Assembly: GCF_006345805.1 (NCBI RefSeq)
Contig: NW_021833065.1
Location: 186,001-250,000, forward strand
Length of the DNA stretch: 64,000 nucleotides
Reading direction: 5' to 3'
DNA from: Octopus sinensis
Lineage: Eukaryota
The notes under the pieces were generated by a model. It did not search any database. It was not told the origin of the DNA and saw only the letters and a program-made list of their open reading frames with translations. Below are positions 48,977-62,179 of this stretch, one piece after another. A program made the position numbers and the translations under genes. Position 1 is the first letter of the stretch, and each line of letters opens with the position of its first letter.

Positions 48977-50457
48977 AGCTCAGGCATGGTCGTGTGGTGA
49001 AGAAGTTTGCTTCACAATCATGCGGATTTGATACTTTGGGTAAGTATCTTCTATCACATCCCTCAGCCAGCCAAAGCAATCTGAGTGAATTTGAAAAGAG
49101 ATGGATAAAGAAGCTTGTCATACACACAAAACATCCTAGTCATCATTTAACATCTGCTCTCCATACTGGCATAGCTTGATGGTTTGATAGAATTGGTTTG
49201 TACAACTGGCCACCCTTCCTAATGCTAACCACTTTACATAGTGTACTAGGTGCTTTTTTGTGACACTAGCACTAGTGAAGTCACATTATAGGGTGACCTC
49301 ACTAGTACAGGGCCTAAATATGCCCCTGTAATTGAAGGAGAATAAGAGAGGGGAAAACTGTAATGATTTTAGGTTAGGTATTGAGAGAGGATACAGAATG
49401 ATGAGAGAAAGAGATCTATAGTTGTGAGAGGTTGGTAGTGGAGAGTATGAAACATTATGGGGAAGGGAGTAAGGGAGTATTGAAAGAACATTGAGAAAGA
49501 AAAGGATTAATATAAGTGAGAATGAGAGGGAAAGGGTGATGTGTGGGTTGTGTGAGGAGGGAGTCCAAAGCTATATTGCATTATAAGGGCAAATATAGGC
49601 AGAAAGTGTGAGGAAAAGAGAACATGAGAGAAAAAGAGTAATGAGGAACCAGAAAAAGTCATTAATAGAAAGGGAGGTGTTTGGATTGTGATGTGTAAGT
49701 GAGAGCATTGAGGTGGCACAGAAACTGCAGGGAGAGAACAGTGAGAGAAAAAGAGACAGAAGAGGAGTGATGGGCCAGTGAGTATTACAGGTGGTGAAAT
49801 GAAAGATATGAAAGGGTGATGATTGAAGTGAGGGGTGGGGGGAGATGGGCGGATTGGAGAAAGTAAGTAGAGGTAGAGTGATGAGGATGAACCAGTTGAG
49901 TCTTTCACACATAGACCTAGTACAGGATGGAGGTGGGATAGAGTGATTGAGGATGACATTCAAGGTAGGGCTGGGGCACTTAATAATTTATGAGTTTTAT
50001 AGATGGTATGGTGATAAGAGATGAAGGGATATGGGTGATAGAGCAAAGAGCTGATTGAAGTAAGTGGGAGAAACAAATGAAAGAAGGAAGGTGATCCAGA
50101 TACTTAAGAGGTAGAGGTCAAAGTTGCTGAGGGTGGCAGCAAATATAGGCTTGGCAGGATACATATACACAAATATACACACTGGAGATCTCAGCCTGTA
50201 TTACTACTATTATTCAATACACATTTCATCAGGGGTAACCATGTCTTCTGCAGCACCACATATCGTCAATCAATACATTCCTTTGTCATTTCCTCTGCGA
50301 GATACAGTATTTTACAGGTCAGCCTTCACCAATTTGTCCAGTGTCTTTCTTGATTTCTCTCTTCTATGGGTTGCACTAACTTAGAATGCAAGGCACTTGT
50401 GTATATATACACATATACAATATAATGCAAGATATTGTGTGTGTGAGTGTGTGTGTA

Positions 50458-50792
50458 TCTTTTATCATTTACTTGTTTTAGTCATTAGACTGCAGCCATG
50501 CTGGGGCACTGCCATGAAGAATTTTTAGTTGAATGAATCAACCCAAGTATTTAATTTTTCTTTTAAGTCTGGTACTTATTCTATCAGTCTCTTTTGCTGA
50601 TCTGCTAAGTGACAGGGATGGAAACACACACTACAGGCTTCTTTCAGTTTCCGTCTTCCAAATCCACTCTCAAAGTTTTGGTTGGTCCAAGGCTATAATA
50701 GAAGACACTTGCCCAATGTGTCACACAGTAAAACTGAACCCAGAACCATATGGTTAGGAGCAAACTTCTTACCACACAGCCATGCCTGCACC
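50458..50792 (-). mobile_element. SINE family B
   Basis: Matches 8735-9180. Confidence 0.85.
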
Positions 50793-51129
50793 TATAGATA
50801 TGTTTAGGATTTTCTTATAAATGTTTTCAATTTCCTACATGCAGCTACATAAGTGCATTATAAGTTTACTTCACACCTACATGGTTACAGGTTCAATCCT
50901 ACTGCATAACACCATATGTATCTTAAATCCTTAAACCTGTGTATGTTTGTTTCCTATTATAACTCCGAGTCTACTAATGCCATGTTAGGGAATTTGGTAA
51001 ACAGAAACTGTAAGAGGTCCATCGTGTGTGTCCATGCATGCATGGATGTGTGTCAATATACATTCCACGTTTGTCACCATTTGAGCAAAGTGGTGTATGC
51101 TAATCTTGATATTCCTTGTTGACATGCAC

Positions 51130-51690
51130 ACATCATCATCATCATTTTACATCTGCTTCTTGCATGCTAACATAGGCTGGACAGGTTATCATGGTCCTTA
51201 TTAATTCTTGTTTGGAGTTACTTTTCTGTCATTTATACATGCTAGCATTACAAATCATACTTTCATATATTTCATAATCAAGGCTCATCTCTTATTATCA
51301 TGCAGTATTGCATATTTTACATAAGCATCACGTAAACTACCCTCCACGCTGAGAGAAACTTTTGTTGCCAGCACAGGTAACCATAAAATATCACACTTGT
51401 AAGCAAGCATCATGAAATCTGCTCTTAATTCTAAAAGAAACCTTTTGTTGTCAGCAGAGCAAATAGTTCCATATGCCATTCCTAACTCTGAAAAGTATGC
51501 TTTCAAAACACCCATCTCCACTACTAATCAGGTCACCGAGTTAACAAAAGCTATCAACTTAGCAGGAGCCTTCTGAGCATATGAAGGGGTCTATTTCATG
51601 TTTACTGTTACTGCTAACTAATCTTGCACATCTGCCACATAGAATACCATTTCTGTCAGCCTGCATGTGATCCCACATAATATACACACT
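51130..51690 (-). mobile_element. old RTE LINE remnant
   Basis: (CAT)n tail; minus-strand PVLATKVSLSVEGSLRDAYVKYAILH parallels PLLVTKGLSLRVKG..YDACVQTAMLH of 3742-4655. Confidence 0.6.
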
Positions 51691-53081
51691 CAATCACATA
51701 TACACACACTTAAGGGGCTTCTACCAAATTTCACTTGCAAGGCAATAGTGGAAAACACTTGCCCAGGTTTCGCAATGAGATCAAAAACCCAACACCACAT
51801 AACTACACAGCAACCTTATTAATCACACAGCTATTCCTGCACCTATACTAGCCACAGTCCCCAAATGAATTCAGCATACGAGAGGGTGATTAATCCCAAT
51901 TTGTCCAATAATATACTAAAATTTTCATATCGATTTTACTTGGTATTTGAAATTCATTCAGTCACACAGTATATTCACATATGAAATAGCTACTTTTGTC
52001 TGATTATTACCATTCTGTTGCAAAGAGCCAACTAATTTTCCATCTCACACCTTTACTGTTCTAATTCTGTGTGAACTTGTTGCACACAGTTTGACAAACC
52101 ATCTTGAAAATCCAGCCTTTGATTTTTGTGGAGTTTTATTGTAAATACATGTTTTGTGGTGAAGTAATATGAACCTATTCATTTGAAAACAACCCTTGAG
52201 AACATCTCTTCATCCATTGTTTATCAGTTCTATAAAAATCTATTTATAACCTACTGGATCTCACACATGCATTTCAACAAGTATTCTAGCTATTCAATCA
52301 ATGAAATTACCAACTCATTGATTTGCTGTTTAACCAGTTGAGTATTCCACAGGCATTTATCTTTAATGTAATTTTTAGAAATTTGCATGTGTGTGAGGCA
52401 GTCATGGTCAGCTCTTTGAATTTAAGGTACAATCTGTCAAATAGACTTCCACACAGTGACCATAGACTCACTTTTCACTTAAAAGGCTTGGATCAACCTA
52501 AGGCTTTGATACAAAAGGCACTTGCACATAAAATCATGCAGTAGGTTTGAACATTAGGTCCTAATGATTATGAAGTGAATGTCTTAACAGCTACAGGCTA
52601 TTCCTGCATATTAATTCAGGCTTGCTAAGATACCCCACCCACTAGATTGAACACAGAGCTTCATACTAAACATTTGGTCATACATGCAAACAAACAAACA
52701 CCCTATACATGTAAGGTAAAATGCTGGGTATCTAATTACATATCAATTGATTAAAAATACTATAGTAATTGGATTGTATTTAAACACGATAAAGTACATT
52801 GTTTTGTTTTCTTTAATGTTTCGATGAAAACTAGATATAACACATCATTTTTGTTTCAAAATGGCTGATTATTTCACTCACAAGGTCCTTTTCTATATTC
52901 GTATTAAGAAATTCTTGAATTCTGTCCTCACCCAGTTAAGGGATCTGGCTGCTGTTTGGAAGGAATTAAGACACTACTGACAGTACCAGATATGCAAATG
53001 GAAAGACCCATTCTTAGGCAACACAATGATGCTGAAAATCATTCAGTGCTTTAAGCTTGAGTGAATTACAGCCAATTTTAA

Positions 53082-53495
53082 AAAGCTCTTACAAGGCCAA
53101 CAGTTTTGAGCAGAGAAATAGTCAATACCATTGACTTCAGTACTTGACAGTTACTTTATTTTATCAACCCTGGAAGGATGAAAGGCAAAGATGATCCTAG
53201 TGGGAATTGAATTCAGGTCATAAAGATACAGAACAAATATCACAAAGCATTTTTTCTGACACTCTAACAATTCTGCTAGCTCATCACCTGTAATAAAGTT
53301 TCACATTTAAGCACAAGGTTAGCAATTTTGAAGGGAGGGGTTAGTCAGTACTTGACTGGCACTATATTTCATCATCCCTAGAGTGATGAAAAGCAAAGTT
53401 GGCCACAGCAGGATTTGAACTCAGAACATAAAGATCTAGAACAAATACTGCCAGGCATATTTTTCACCACTACTAATTCTATCAGTTTGTCACCT
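53082..53495 (-). mobile_element. two tandem degenerate SINE family A-related copies
   Basis: GGATGAAAGGCAAAG and GATGAAAAGCAAAG cores with ATTTGAACTCAG-like segments. Confidence 0.75.
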
Positions 53496-54480
53496 AAATA
53501 GTAATTAAGATATTGCACGTGTGTGTGTGTGTGTGTGTGGTGTGTGTGTGATAGCATGAGTAAATTGAAAATATGTGGATTAAGTGATTATTACCATAAT
53601 TCTGAGAGAAATCATCGCAATACCCTTAGTTTGTTCATGGACAAAAACGTTTTTGTTAGCACATACCCTATTTTACCAATAACAATAAAAAGCTGTTAAT
53701 CCAATACATTATCATCCTACTTACCTTTATTTGTCTCTCCTCTTTGACAGTCCTCACCACATGCATGCTCACGTTAAAATACATAAAATATTTTTTAAAA
53801 AGTTTTCTTACTTTCAGAATGGCAAGCTCACTAATGTTACAACATTAAAGTAGAGCTTGTATGGTATTGATAGGTGACAGTGAGCAAACTGATGTCCTTA
53901 TGTATAATCTTGATAAATTTTCCTTGCACGTGCAGGGTATCATTTTTCTCAAAATGCTTATAGTTCAGATGTACTAATTACCTGCTCTATAATTTCATTT
54001 CACCTTTCATGGTATAGAGAAATTATATCTTTACAGTTTTTCTATACTACAATATATGAGGTGTTGACAGAATTTCATTAGTTACTTATTACCATGGACT
54101 TGCAAAAGTAATTCTAAGTAATCCATTTGTTATGTTTACATTGAATCATTTTTGTACAGTGGTGTGAAGTGTTCAATCCTAGTTGGGTGTAATTATATAT
54201 ATCTATATTACTTTATAGTAGTAAATTTTGTTGTAAATAAATTATTTTTCTTCCTCCCCTCCTTAAGTGATCTAACAATTTCACAATTTTTAACTTTACA
54301 TTTGCAGTTATTTATTGAATATTAATTAACATATTTTAATTACATAATAATATTTCTTGGTGTTTATAGGGTGAAAAGTTGACAAAAAAATTTGATTTTA
54401 GTAATTAACCCTTGCCCACCCTATGATCTCAAGAGTTCAAATCCTACTGTGGTTAAATAAGCACATTGGAATCAGTTCTT

Positions 54481-54958
54481 TTTTACTACTTGTGAAAAAG
54501 TGGAATTGAACCCTGTATCTTTGGATGATTTGTTGATTGCTAATGGAGGAAATCATTTTCAATTGGCCTTGATTCTTGTCAAAGGAAATTACAATTTTTG
54601 TTGCCATTAGTCATCAAGAGAAGAGAAACTAGCTCAAGTTTCAGCTATTATAGTAGAGACATTGTTTTCTTACATCAGAGTACAAACTTTAGGTTTACAT
54701 AAGAGCAGGATGTAATGGGATTCATTTCTTTCCTCATAAGTTATCGTTATAAATAAAACTAGAAAATATTAACTCAGAATCAAAATAGGGTTATTGGCAT
54801 AGCTTTTGAGAAACATTCTTTTTCTCTTTAGTACTTATATAGATAATTTCTTCATAGACCAGTAACTATGTATTTCTCTTTTACTACTTGTAAAGAAGTG
54901 GAATTGAACCCTGTATCTTTGGATGATCTGTTGGTTGCTAATGGAGGAAATCATTTTC
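54481..54958 (+). repeat. 80-bp direct repeat pair (54481-54560 and 54879-54958)
   Basis: 4 mismatches in 80 bp; offset 398 bp. Confidence 0.9.
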
Positions 54959-55434
54959 TATGTGTCTGGTGTTGTGGTTATGTAGTCACAAGTTAGCCAC
55001 AATGAAACAAATTTGTGGCATGCTGGTATTTAACCCAACTTAGTAGTTTCTTTCATGTGTATTACTATTCGTGATTGTAAAAGCTAGTTTGAGAAATAAG
55101 GTCCATCCAATGGCATTACTATATATGATCAAGGGTGGACTGCTTTCAGATGTGCTGGGAGGAAATTTGGAAAGGTTTTGAGCATAGCTAGGAAGTGGTA
55201 GGATCATCCTTTGATATGCAGGTAGGTTTAAATCAACATGGATGAAATTCCTTAGTTTTACATTTATTTTTGATGAGAACATGTGATCTGATTGAAACAA
55301 AACATGATGACTGGCATCTCTAAAGCCATTTTATTTATGGATGGCTATCTGGAAGATAAGTGAATAAATAAAGAGAGGAGTAAATAGATAAGCAGATAGA
55401 TATAGATAGATTGGTTTATAGATAGATGTGTGTG

Positions 55435-55486
<52 letters not shown>

Positions 55487-55523
55487 GTGCTTGAATCAAC
55501 TTTTGTGAATTATATATATATAT

Positions 55524-55680
55524 TGTTGTATTTAGGAATGGTCATTTTGCCAGTTTAGCCAATAAAAACACACGCACTATATATTTGGTGTTACTTTGCG
55601 TTATTTATATTTTACATTAATCTTAATCTTATTTCGGCCAGAGTTCTAAACTGGCAAAATGACCATTCCTAAATACAACA
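55524..55680. mobile_element. MITE with 35-bp perfect TIRs, TGT...ACA ends and ATAT 4-bp TSD (Ginger-like)
   Basis: TGTTGTATTTAGGAATGGTCATTTTGCCAGTTTAG at 55524-58 and its reverse complement at 55646-80. Superfamily is inferred from the termini only. Confidence 0.85.
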
Positions 55681-56350
55681 ATATCTGTTTCAACACATGA
55701 TTTCACATAAAAAATCTTGCAAAACAAATATATAAACGTGTGTGTGTTGTGTGTGTGTGCGCGCACACGTGTGTGTGTGTGTGTGTGTGCTTGAATCAAC
55801 TTTTGTGAATTTCTTGAGCTTTGCATTCGCTGTTTTGATGAGAACATATTCCAGCCATGAGCACCACTTTTTTTTTTTTTTAGATAGGTAGGTGAATAGA
55901 TATAAAACTGAGAAAGAGGAACTCAGACAAATTGGTAGACATATAGATAGGTAGATAAATACGTAGATGGATAAATGCATAGATAGATATATAGACAGAC
56001 AGATAGATGGGGTGGAAGTTAGATACATGGGTAGACAACTAGAAGTAGCTAGACAGACACAGAAGATCAAATGAGAAATGTGTTTAAAGCATTTCAGAAG
56101 TTCTTGATTATCATACTTAACATTTTGATAATGTGTCCCAATGGGTTAGATAGATGTATGACTGCAATTTCTAGCAAATGGATTTTGAAACTTAAGTTAC
56201 ATTTTCTGTCATGAATCCATCCCAGCATGAAGAATTTGAAAAATATCTTTGAAATTAGATACATGTTTGTGTGCGGTTATGTATATGTTTACATAATTAA
56301 GCAATACAATATTGTCATGTGATGCACATGCAGTAGCTATCAGATATTAA

Positions 56351-56568
56351 CCCTTTTGTTCGTATTCTATTTAAATACAGTCTTTGTTTCAGCTAATTTT
56401 GAAAATAATGAGTAATTTAGTAAAATAACTTTGCCATTGTTAAGCTGGTGTTTGGAACACGTATTAATATGAAATTTTGATGAAAGGTTTTAATTTAGAC
56501 TGCATTTAAAACAAGAAGTTTGGCTCATAGAATTAGAGGCAGTCTCAGACAGGTTGGTAACAAAAGGG
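56351..56568. mobile_element. piggyBac-type MITE
   Basis: TTAA|CCCTTTTGTT ... AACAAAAGGG|TTAA. Confidence 0.8.
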
Positions 56569-57089
56569 TTAAAAGTGCTGCTGCATAGAATGTGTGCCAT
56601 GTCCTCAGGTATCATACCAGCAACAAAACCAAAACCATAACAATAGCTACAAATGTTATGTTTGATTAAGTTTATCATTCTCATTGACATGCAAACTCAA
56701 AACAAAACACATTTCCCCATGAATATCAAAGAAAAAAAAGTTTATCTCAGTGCTTGAGGTTTACCATATATGACGAGATTGGATACATAATAATAGACCT
56801 CGAATTATTGGGGTATGCCATTGATGAGGTCATGAATAGCAATGAAAGATCTCTGACTAAACAACTGATTGATTGAGCGAACTATTAATCATGCAGTAGT
56901 GAACCTATTTTTTATACTGCCATCTTTTGGAATCAGTCAGGTGATACTGGAAACAACATTAGTAAAATTACAAATTATACATAGATGTATGGGTGATAAT
57001 GTGAGGAGAAAAGATAGGAAAGAATTTAACCATGTCGCATTCAGATTATTCTGTTAAACATAATGCCTATTTATTCACATTCATATCAT

Positions 57090-57533
57090 ATCATCATTTA
57101 ACATCCGTTTTCCATGCAGGCATGAGTTGATAGTTTGACATGGCGCTGTTGAGACTCCAGTTGTCTGTCATGGCATGGATTTTATGGCTGGATGCCCTTC
57201 CTAACACCAACCACTTCACAGTGGGTACTGGGTGCTTTTTATGTGCCACCGACACAGGTACACTCATACAGCACTGGCACAAGTGCATTTTATGTGACAC
57301 TGGCACTTGTAAAGTACAAACCTGTATGTATAAATGACAGGAGTTTTACTTAGCTTGGTGTGTCTTCTCAAGTACAGCAAATTGCCAGAACTCCCAGTTA
57401 TTTGTCATTATCTTAGTGATGCCCAACACCCAAAGATCCTTTCTCACCACTTCCTCCCATGTCTTCTTAGGTTTACCCTTCCCACAGGTTCCCTCCTCAA
57501 TTAGAGCTTGGCACTTCTTTATGCAGCTGTCCT
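57090..57533 (-). mobile_element. RTE 3' end (ORF tail plus UTR)
   Basis: Parallels 3428-4060, including an RGTCGKGKPKKTWEEVVRKDL-type tail. Confidence 0.82.
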
Positions 57534-57896
57534 TGAATTAATCATGAATTATCTCATAACTTCAAAATTTCAATATGGTAATTTATTTTTAGAATGACAT
57601 TGTAGAGTAGGAGTGAGGGGCTAGATTTGGTTAGTTTGAATATAAAACAGGTAGAAATATTCTGGCCAGGTATGGCTGGTTTAAATGCTAAAGGGTTTAG
57701 TCTTTTGTAATAATTTTTACAGTCATCTATTGAATGACTTTTCTGAGTTGGAGGAATTTTATAGAAATATTTGTTAGAACTCTTGTTGAAATTATGAACG
57801 CAGACTTTATCTAGTCTTTAGAAATGTAACGCAGCTTCAAACCAATATTTCAATAAGCTTTGCTCTATTCAGAATGTCATTCTCTCCATATATATA

Positions 57897-58325
57897 GGCA
57901 CAGGCATGGGTATGTAGTAAAGAAATTTGCTTCACAACCACATGGTTTCAAGTTCAGTCCTGCTGCATGGCATGTGTCTTCTACTATAGCCCAGTTGACA
58001 GAAACTGAACGAAGCATTGCATGCTAGGGCACATAGCCTTGATGGTTTTAGTCAAAGAAATTGACCCCCAATACCTTTTATTTTTACTGAACTGCTAATT
58101 TGCAGGAACTTTAAAAAATCAACACCGATTGTCAAGCAGTGATAGGGGACACACACATGCACAACAGGCGTCTTTCAATTTCCGTCTACCATATGCACTC
58201 ACAGGGCTTTCAGTGGCCCAAGGCTATAGTCTGAAGTCACTTGCCCAAGGTGTCATTCAGTGGGACTTGACCTGAGCTCCATGTGGTTGGGAAGCAAACT
58301 TTCTACCACACAGCCATGTCTGTGC
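57897..58325. mobile_element. opposed SINE family B copies (+ head 57897-58015; - copy about 58030-58325)
   Basis: GGCACAGGCATGG...GTTCAGTCC head versus the reverse-oriented copy ending CCACACAGCCATGTCTGTGCC. Confidence 0.75.
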
Positions 58326-58819
58326 CTCTAACATTCATCTTGAGAAAGCATTTCATATAGCCATATAGTGCTAAAAAGCACAAATTATCGGTAGCAGGCA
58401 AAAAGTATCCAACAGCAGTTGTAGAATAACTAAATCATGATTTCTGTGTCTTTGCATGTCATCATTGTTGTAAATGAATGTCATTTATTTCTCTTATTCT
58501 GTGGAAACATGTCTGGCTTTGGGGAAATATTACCTTGTCTGGAAACAGGTAAGGGTTAACAACATGAAGGGCATCCAGCCATAGAAAATCTGCCATATAA
58601 ATTCTGTCCAACCCATGCAAGTATGGGAAAATGAACGTTAAAACATAAATGGTGATGTATATAATGTGCATGTGAGATGGACTCATACGCACATAAATTT
58701 CAACATATAAGCAACCAGCTGTTTGATCAACAGGAAAATCTATTCATTGAATTAATATGCAAAGCAGCTGGATATTCCACAGACACTAGTGCTGGTGCCA
58801 CTTCTCATGCTAGTGCCAT

Positions 58820-58991
58820 GTTAAAAGCACTGGTGATTGTGCCACATAAAATGCAGCTAGTACACACTGTGAAGTGGTTGGTGTTAGGAAGGGCATCCAG
58901 CTGTAGAAACCCTGCCAGAACTGACAGTGGAGCCTGGGTCAAACTGTCAAACCCATACCAGCATAGAAAACGGACGTTAAATGATGATGAC
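58820..58991 (+). mobile_element. RTE 3'-end fragment
   Basis: GTGTTAGGAAGGGCATCCAGCTGTAGAAAC...CGGACGTTAAATGATGATGA. Confidence 0.85.
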
Positions 58992-59194
58992 TAGTAACAC
59001 AAGTGTAACAAGGCTGAACTTTTGAACTACAATTAACTCACAAGGCGATGGCAAGTACACTTGCTCAGGTTGCCGCACAGCAGGATTGGAACTCAGGTCC
59101 TCGTAGGCTCGAAGCAAATTTCTTAACCACTTAGCCCTGCCTGTGTACACACACACACACAAAACACGTGTGTATATACTTCCATATATACCTA

Positions 59195-59253
<59 letters not shown>

Positions 59254-59339
59254 TTTTATGTATATATGTGTTTACGTATGTATGAATGTAGCTAGATGTA
59301 TTGTATGTGTATATATTGTATATGTCAAAATAACGCTTA

Positions 59340-60158
59340 TATAGTCACGTAAAAAAAAAATCACCAACAATAATCATTTACTTTTTTCATTGAAGTTTAA
59401 TTCTGCGTTGCTTACATATCTTTCTAAAACTGACCGCCATCTCTTTCCAAACACCAAGATAAAAATTGTGAATATTATTTGCTAAGAGAATTCTTGCTGT
59501 TTACCTTCACTATATAGTTATTAAGAAATTGTAGCAATTTGTTATAACTATTGTGAAAGTAACAACAACTGATGACATTTCACCAGTCTTTCGTTGAGCA
59601 TTTTATTTCATTCTATCCTTATTTTCACAACATTTAAACAGATTTTAAAATATTTTATAACATAAATAGGCCCCCAAAAATTACACATTTGTATATTTCA
59701 CTAGGCCTATTTTAGTCATTACTGTTTTAAATAATTTACTTTTTTCTTCTGCTGTTCGTAAACGAATTTTACGACATCTGGTAAATATTATATGCCTTAT
59801 TTCATAGTCGCAACATAACCGAGTAACAGGCTTTATTTAAACAAAATGGAGCTAAGGATTGGCAATGATTTGAATCAAATTTTTTTTCTTCACTGTCTCC
59901 TTCTTCCGTCTTCCCCATCTCCCTACTAATTCTACTTATCAGCGCTTACTATACCACCGTCATCTTTATTGCTGCTGCTGCTGTTACGACTGCCGCAACA
60001 ACACGTTTAGTGTGTAATATTATGTTTCATTCTCAACGCTATCGAAACTGACTAAATGTTCACTTCGGGTGAGTGAGAAAGTTTTGAAAACTTGCAGCTG
60101 GTTAAACAAACTCAGTTAAACCTTCAGTATCTGATATATCATTGTTGTGGTGTAAAGA
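59340..60158 (+). promoter_or_regulatory. probable promoter/5'UTR region (CpG-retaining)
   Basis: Visible rise in CpG in non-repeat DNA; CAGCTG E-box at 60095-100; Inr-like TCAGTT at 60112-17, 47 nt before the ATG. Confidence 0.45.
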
Positions 60159-60545
60159 ATGAATCGTGGATCTGCACCTCCACCACCAGAAAAACCGCCT
60201 TCCGTGGCTGAAAGAACAAGACTTTTGAAATCTAGTTTCCGTCGAGACGATATTGACAGACCTAAAGTTGTTGACAAATCCCGTCTTTTGTGCGAGAAGC
60301 CTGATGTGAATCCTATACTTATGACCTCTTCCCGGATTGCTAATGGAGAAGGAAATTCATCCCAAAACATTAGTGGTGGTACCCCAATCCAATTAACTTC
60401 TACCATGTCTAGTACAACAACAGTAAACAATGTACATATAACTGGTGTCTCTGACTGGTCTCCGAGCTCTGAAAATAAACCTGTTAACGGTGTATCAAAT
60501 ACTATTATAAATACAGATTATAACAAAGAAAATTCCAAGTTGGCT
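60159..60545 (+). CDS. first coding exon (129 codons) of an unidentified host protein with a Pro/Ser/Thr/Asn-rich, probably disordered N-terminus
   Basis: In-frame TAA at 60153, A at -3, MNRGSAPPPPEKPPSVAERTRLLKSSFRRDD...NKENSKLA, phase-0 GCT|GTAAGT donor at 60546; not repeat-derived. Confidence 0.75.
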
Positions 60546-62179
60546 GTAAGTACTATTTCCTCCTTCGATTCCGATTGAATTGTCTTGTGTTCCGCTTTGA
60601 TAGGTTCAATATATAACTGTGACCAAATTTGTCCCTATGTTCTTCTTTTGGATCACGACGCATCGAAATATAATTATCTTTTTTTTCCATATTAGGTATT
60701 ATTTGTTTTATTCTTTTAACATTTATTATTAATTGTATTAATTTAGCCTCTGACTCAGATTTGCCCTACCCTACCTCCTTCAACTTCCATCTGTTCAGCT
60801 TGTCTCTCTATTTGCAGTCCCATGCTGATTTAGTCATAAATTGAATTCTATTTATTATATTCATGTTTATTTTGAGTTATAAATAACATAGAAAGTTATT
60901 GTTTTTATAACTAGAAGAAAAGATAATGAATGAATGTAATTGTCGGATTTTTAGTCTTATGAATACGAATACACATCCCGTCAAAGGTGATTCGACTTTT
61001 TGATGAGTTCTATCCGTAAGAATCTATTCACTCGTATTTCTTGGGTATAGATTAACTACAAGTGTCAACAACTACAGGCTATGATGTACTCGAGAGAATG
61101 GGGAAGTCATTTGATTATTTATTAGCTATTTTATTTTAATTATGAAGTCAATAAATAAATAAATTGATTTAATTTTTCGAATGTTATCATCAGTATCTTA
61201 TAAGGATAGCAATTGTTAATGAACAGTTTTACTCTTTAAAACGACTTGAAACAAAAAGGTTTACATTAAGAACTGATATCATGTGTAATCTAAACTTGAT
61301 TGTTCTACCGTTTCGTTACAATAAAAATGTGAGCAGGTGATGACAAAGAAATGTTAATATACGAGGCGTGAAGTTCATATCAGTTGTAGATGGATAATCA
61401 ATAGGAAAGGGAAGAATGGTATTATAGTTAAGGTATTGCATATTTGAGTCATGGTTTCCTATTTTAGCAGAAACGTTATTGTTTGTTTTGGAGTCTATTA
61501 AAGGTAACAATCATAGAAAAGCATTCATATTCTCGGATGTGTTTGCAGGAATAAATTACTTATTTGATTTTTGTCTTTAATAACCGTGTTGTAAATCAAC
61601 TATTAAATCAGCTGGTCATGACTGATGAAGTATTCGCAAGAATTCAGTTGATATATCAGACTTCATTTCGACGAACTTTAAGAAGCGACAAGTGGAAAGC
61701 GAAGTTTCTTGCAATTACTAGAAAATTTATTAGAATACTTGAAGATGAACCAAGAGAAAATATTTTCTTCATTCATATTCTTTTATATTTACGTATATTT
61801 TTCAAAACATGATATAACCCTCTGGTGTGTTATGGTTTACAAAAACATCTAAATACTATAATGTTGTTAACTGTTGGAAAATCAACCCAATGCCTATCCA
61901 AATATTTATACCAACACTTCAACACATGATTCTAAGAATGACATTAAGTTCCTTCCCATTACCGTGATTGGTGTTATTCATTATTAACATGAAATTCAAA
62001 GGCATGACGGAAAAATATCAGGAAAATATTCACAATATCGAACAATAAAAGTATTACAGAATGAAAGTAATCAGTTGAAAAAAGTCCTTTCCTACGTATT
62101 GATCCTTATTTTCGTCTGTTATTTTATCGATTGCTCGTCGAACAGCTAAGTTTCAAGCACATAAAGGGACACGAGAATG

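Noticed and set aside
49271-49306. 14-bp hairpin ACTAGTGAAGTCAC/GTGACCTCACTAGT
   Set aside because: Short, at the edge of a decayed RTE 3' fragment; too small for a pre-miRNA.
49330-50180. 150-aa and 130-aa minus-strand ORFs in a purine-rich tract (similar tract at 185-580)
   Set aside because: ORFs arise from compositional bias (Ser/Pro/Leu/His/Phe); probably an old unclassified repeat with no recognisable domain.
53715-53760. Strong + acceptor overlapping a strong - donor (AAG|GTAAGT)
   Set aside because: Neither site has a convincing partner site or reading frame.
60116-60430. 104-aa minus-strand ORF
   Set aside because: Antisense shadow of the + strand coding exon.
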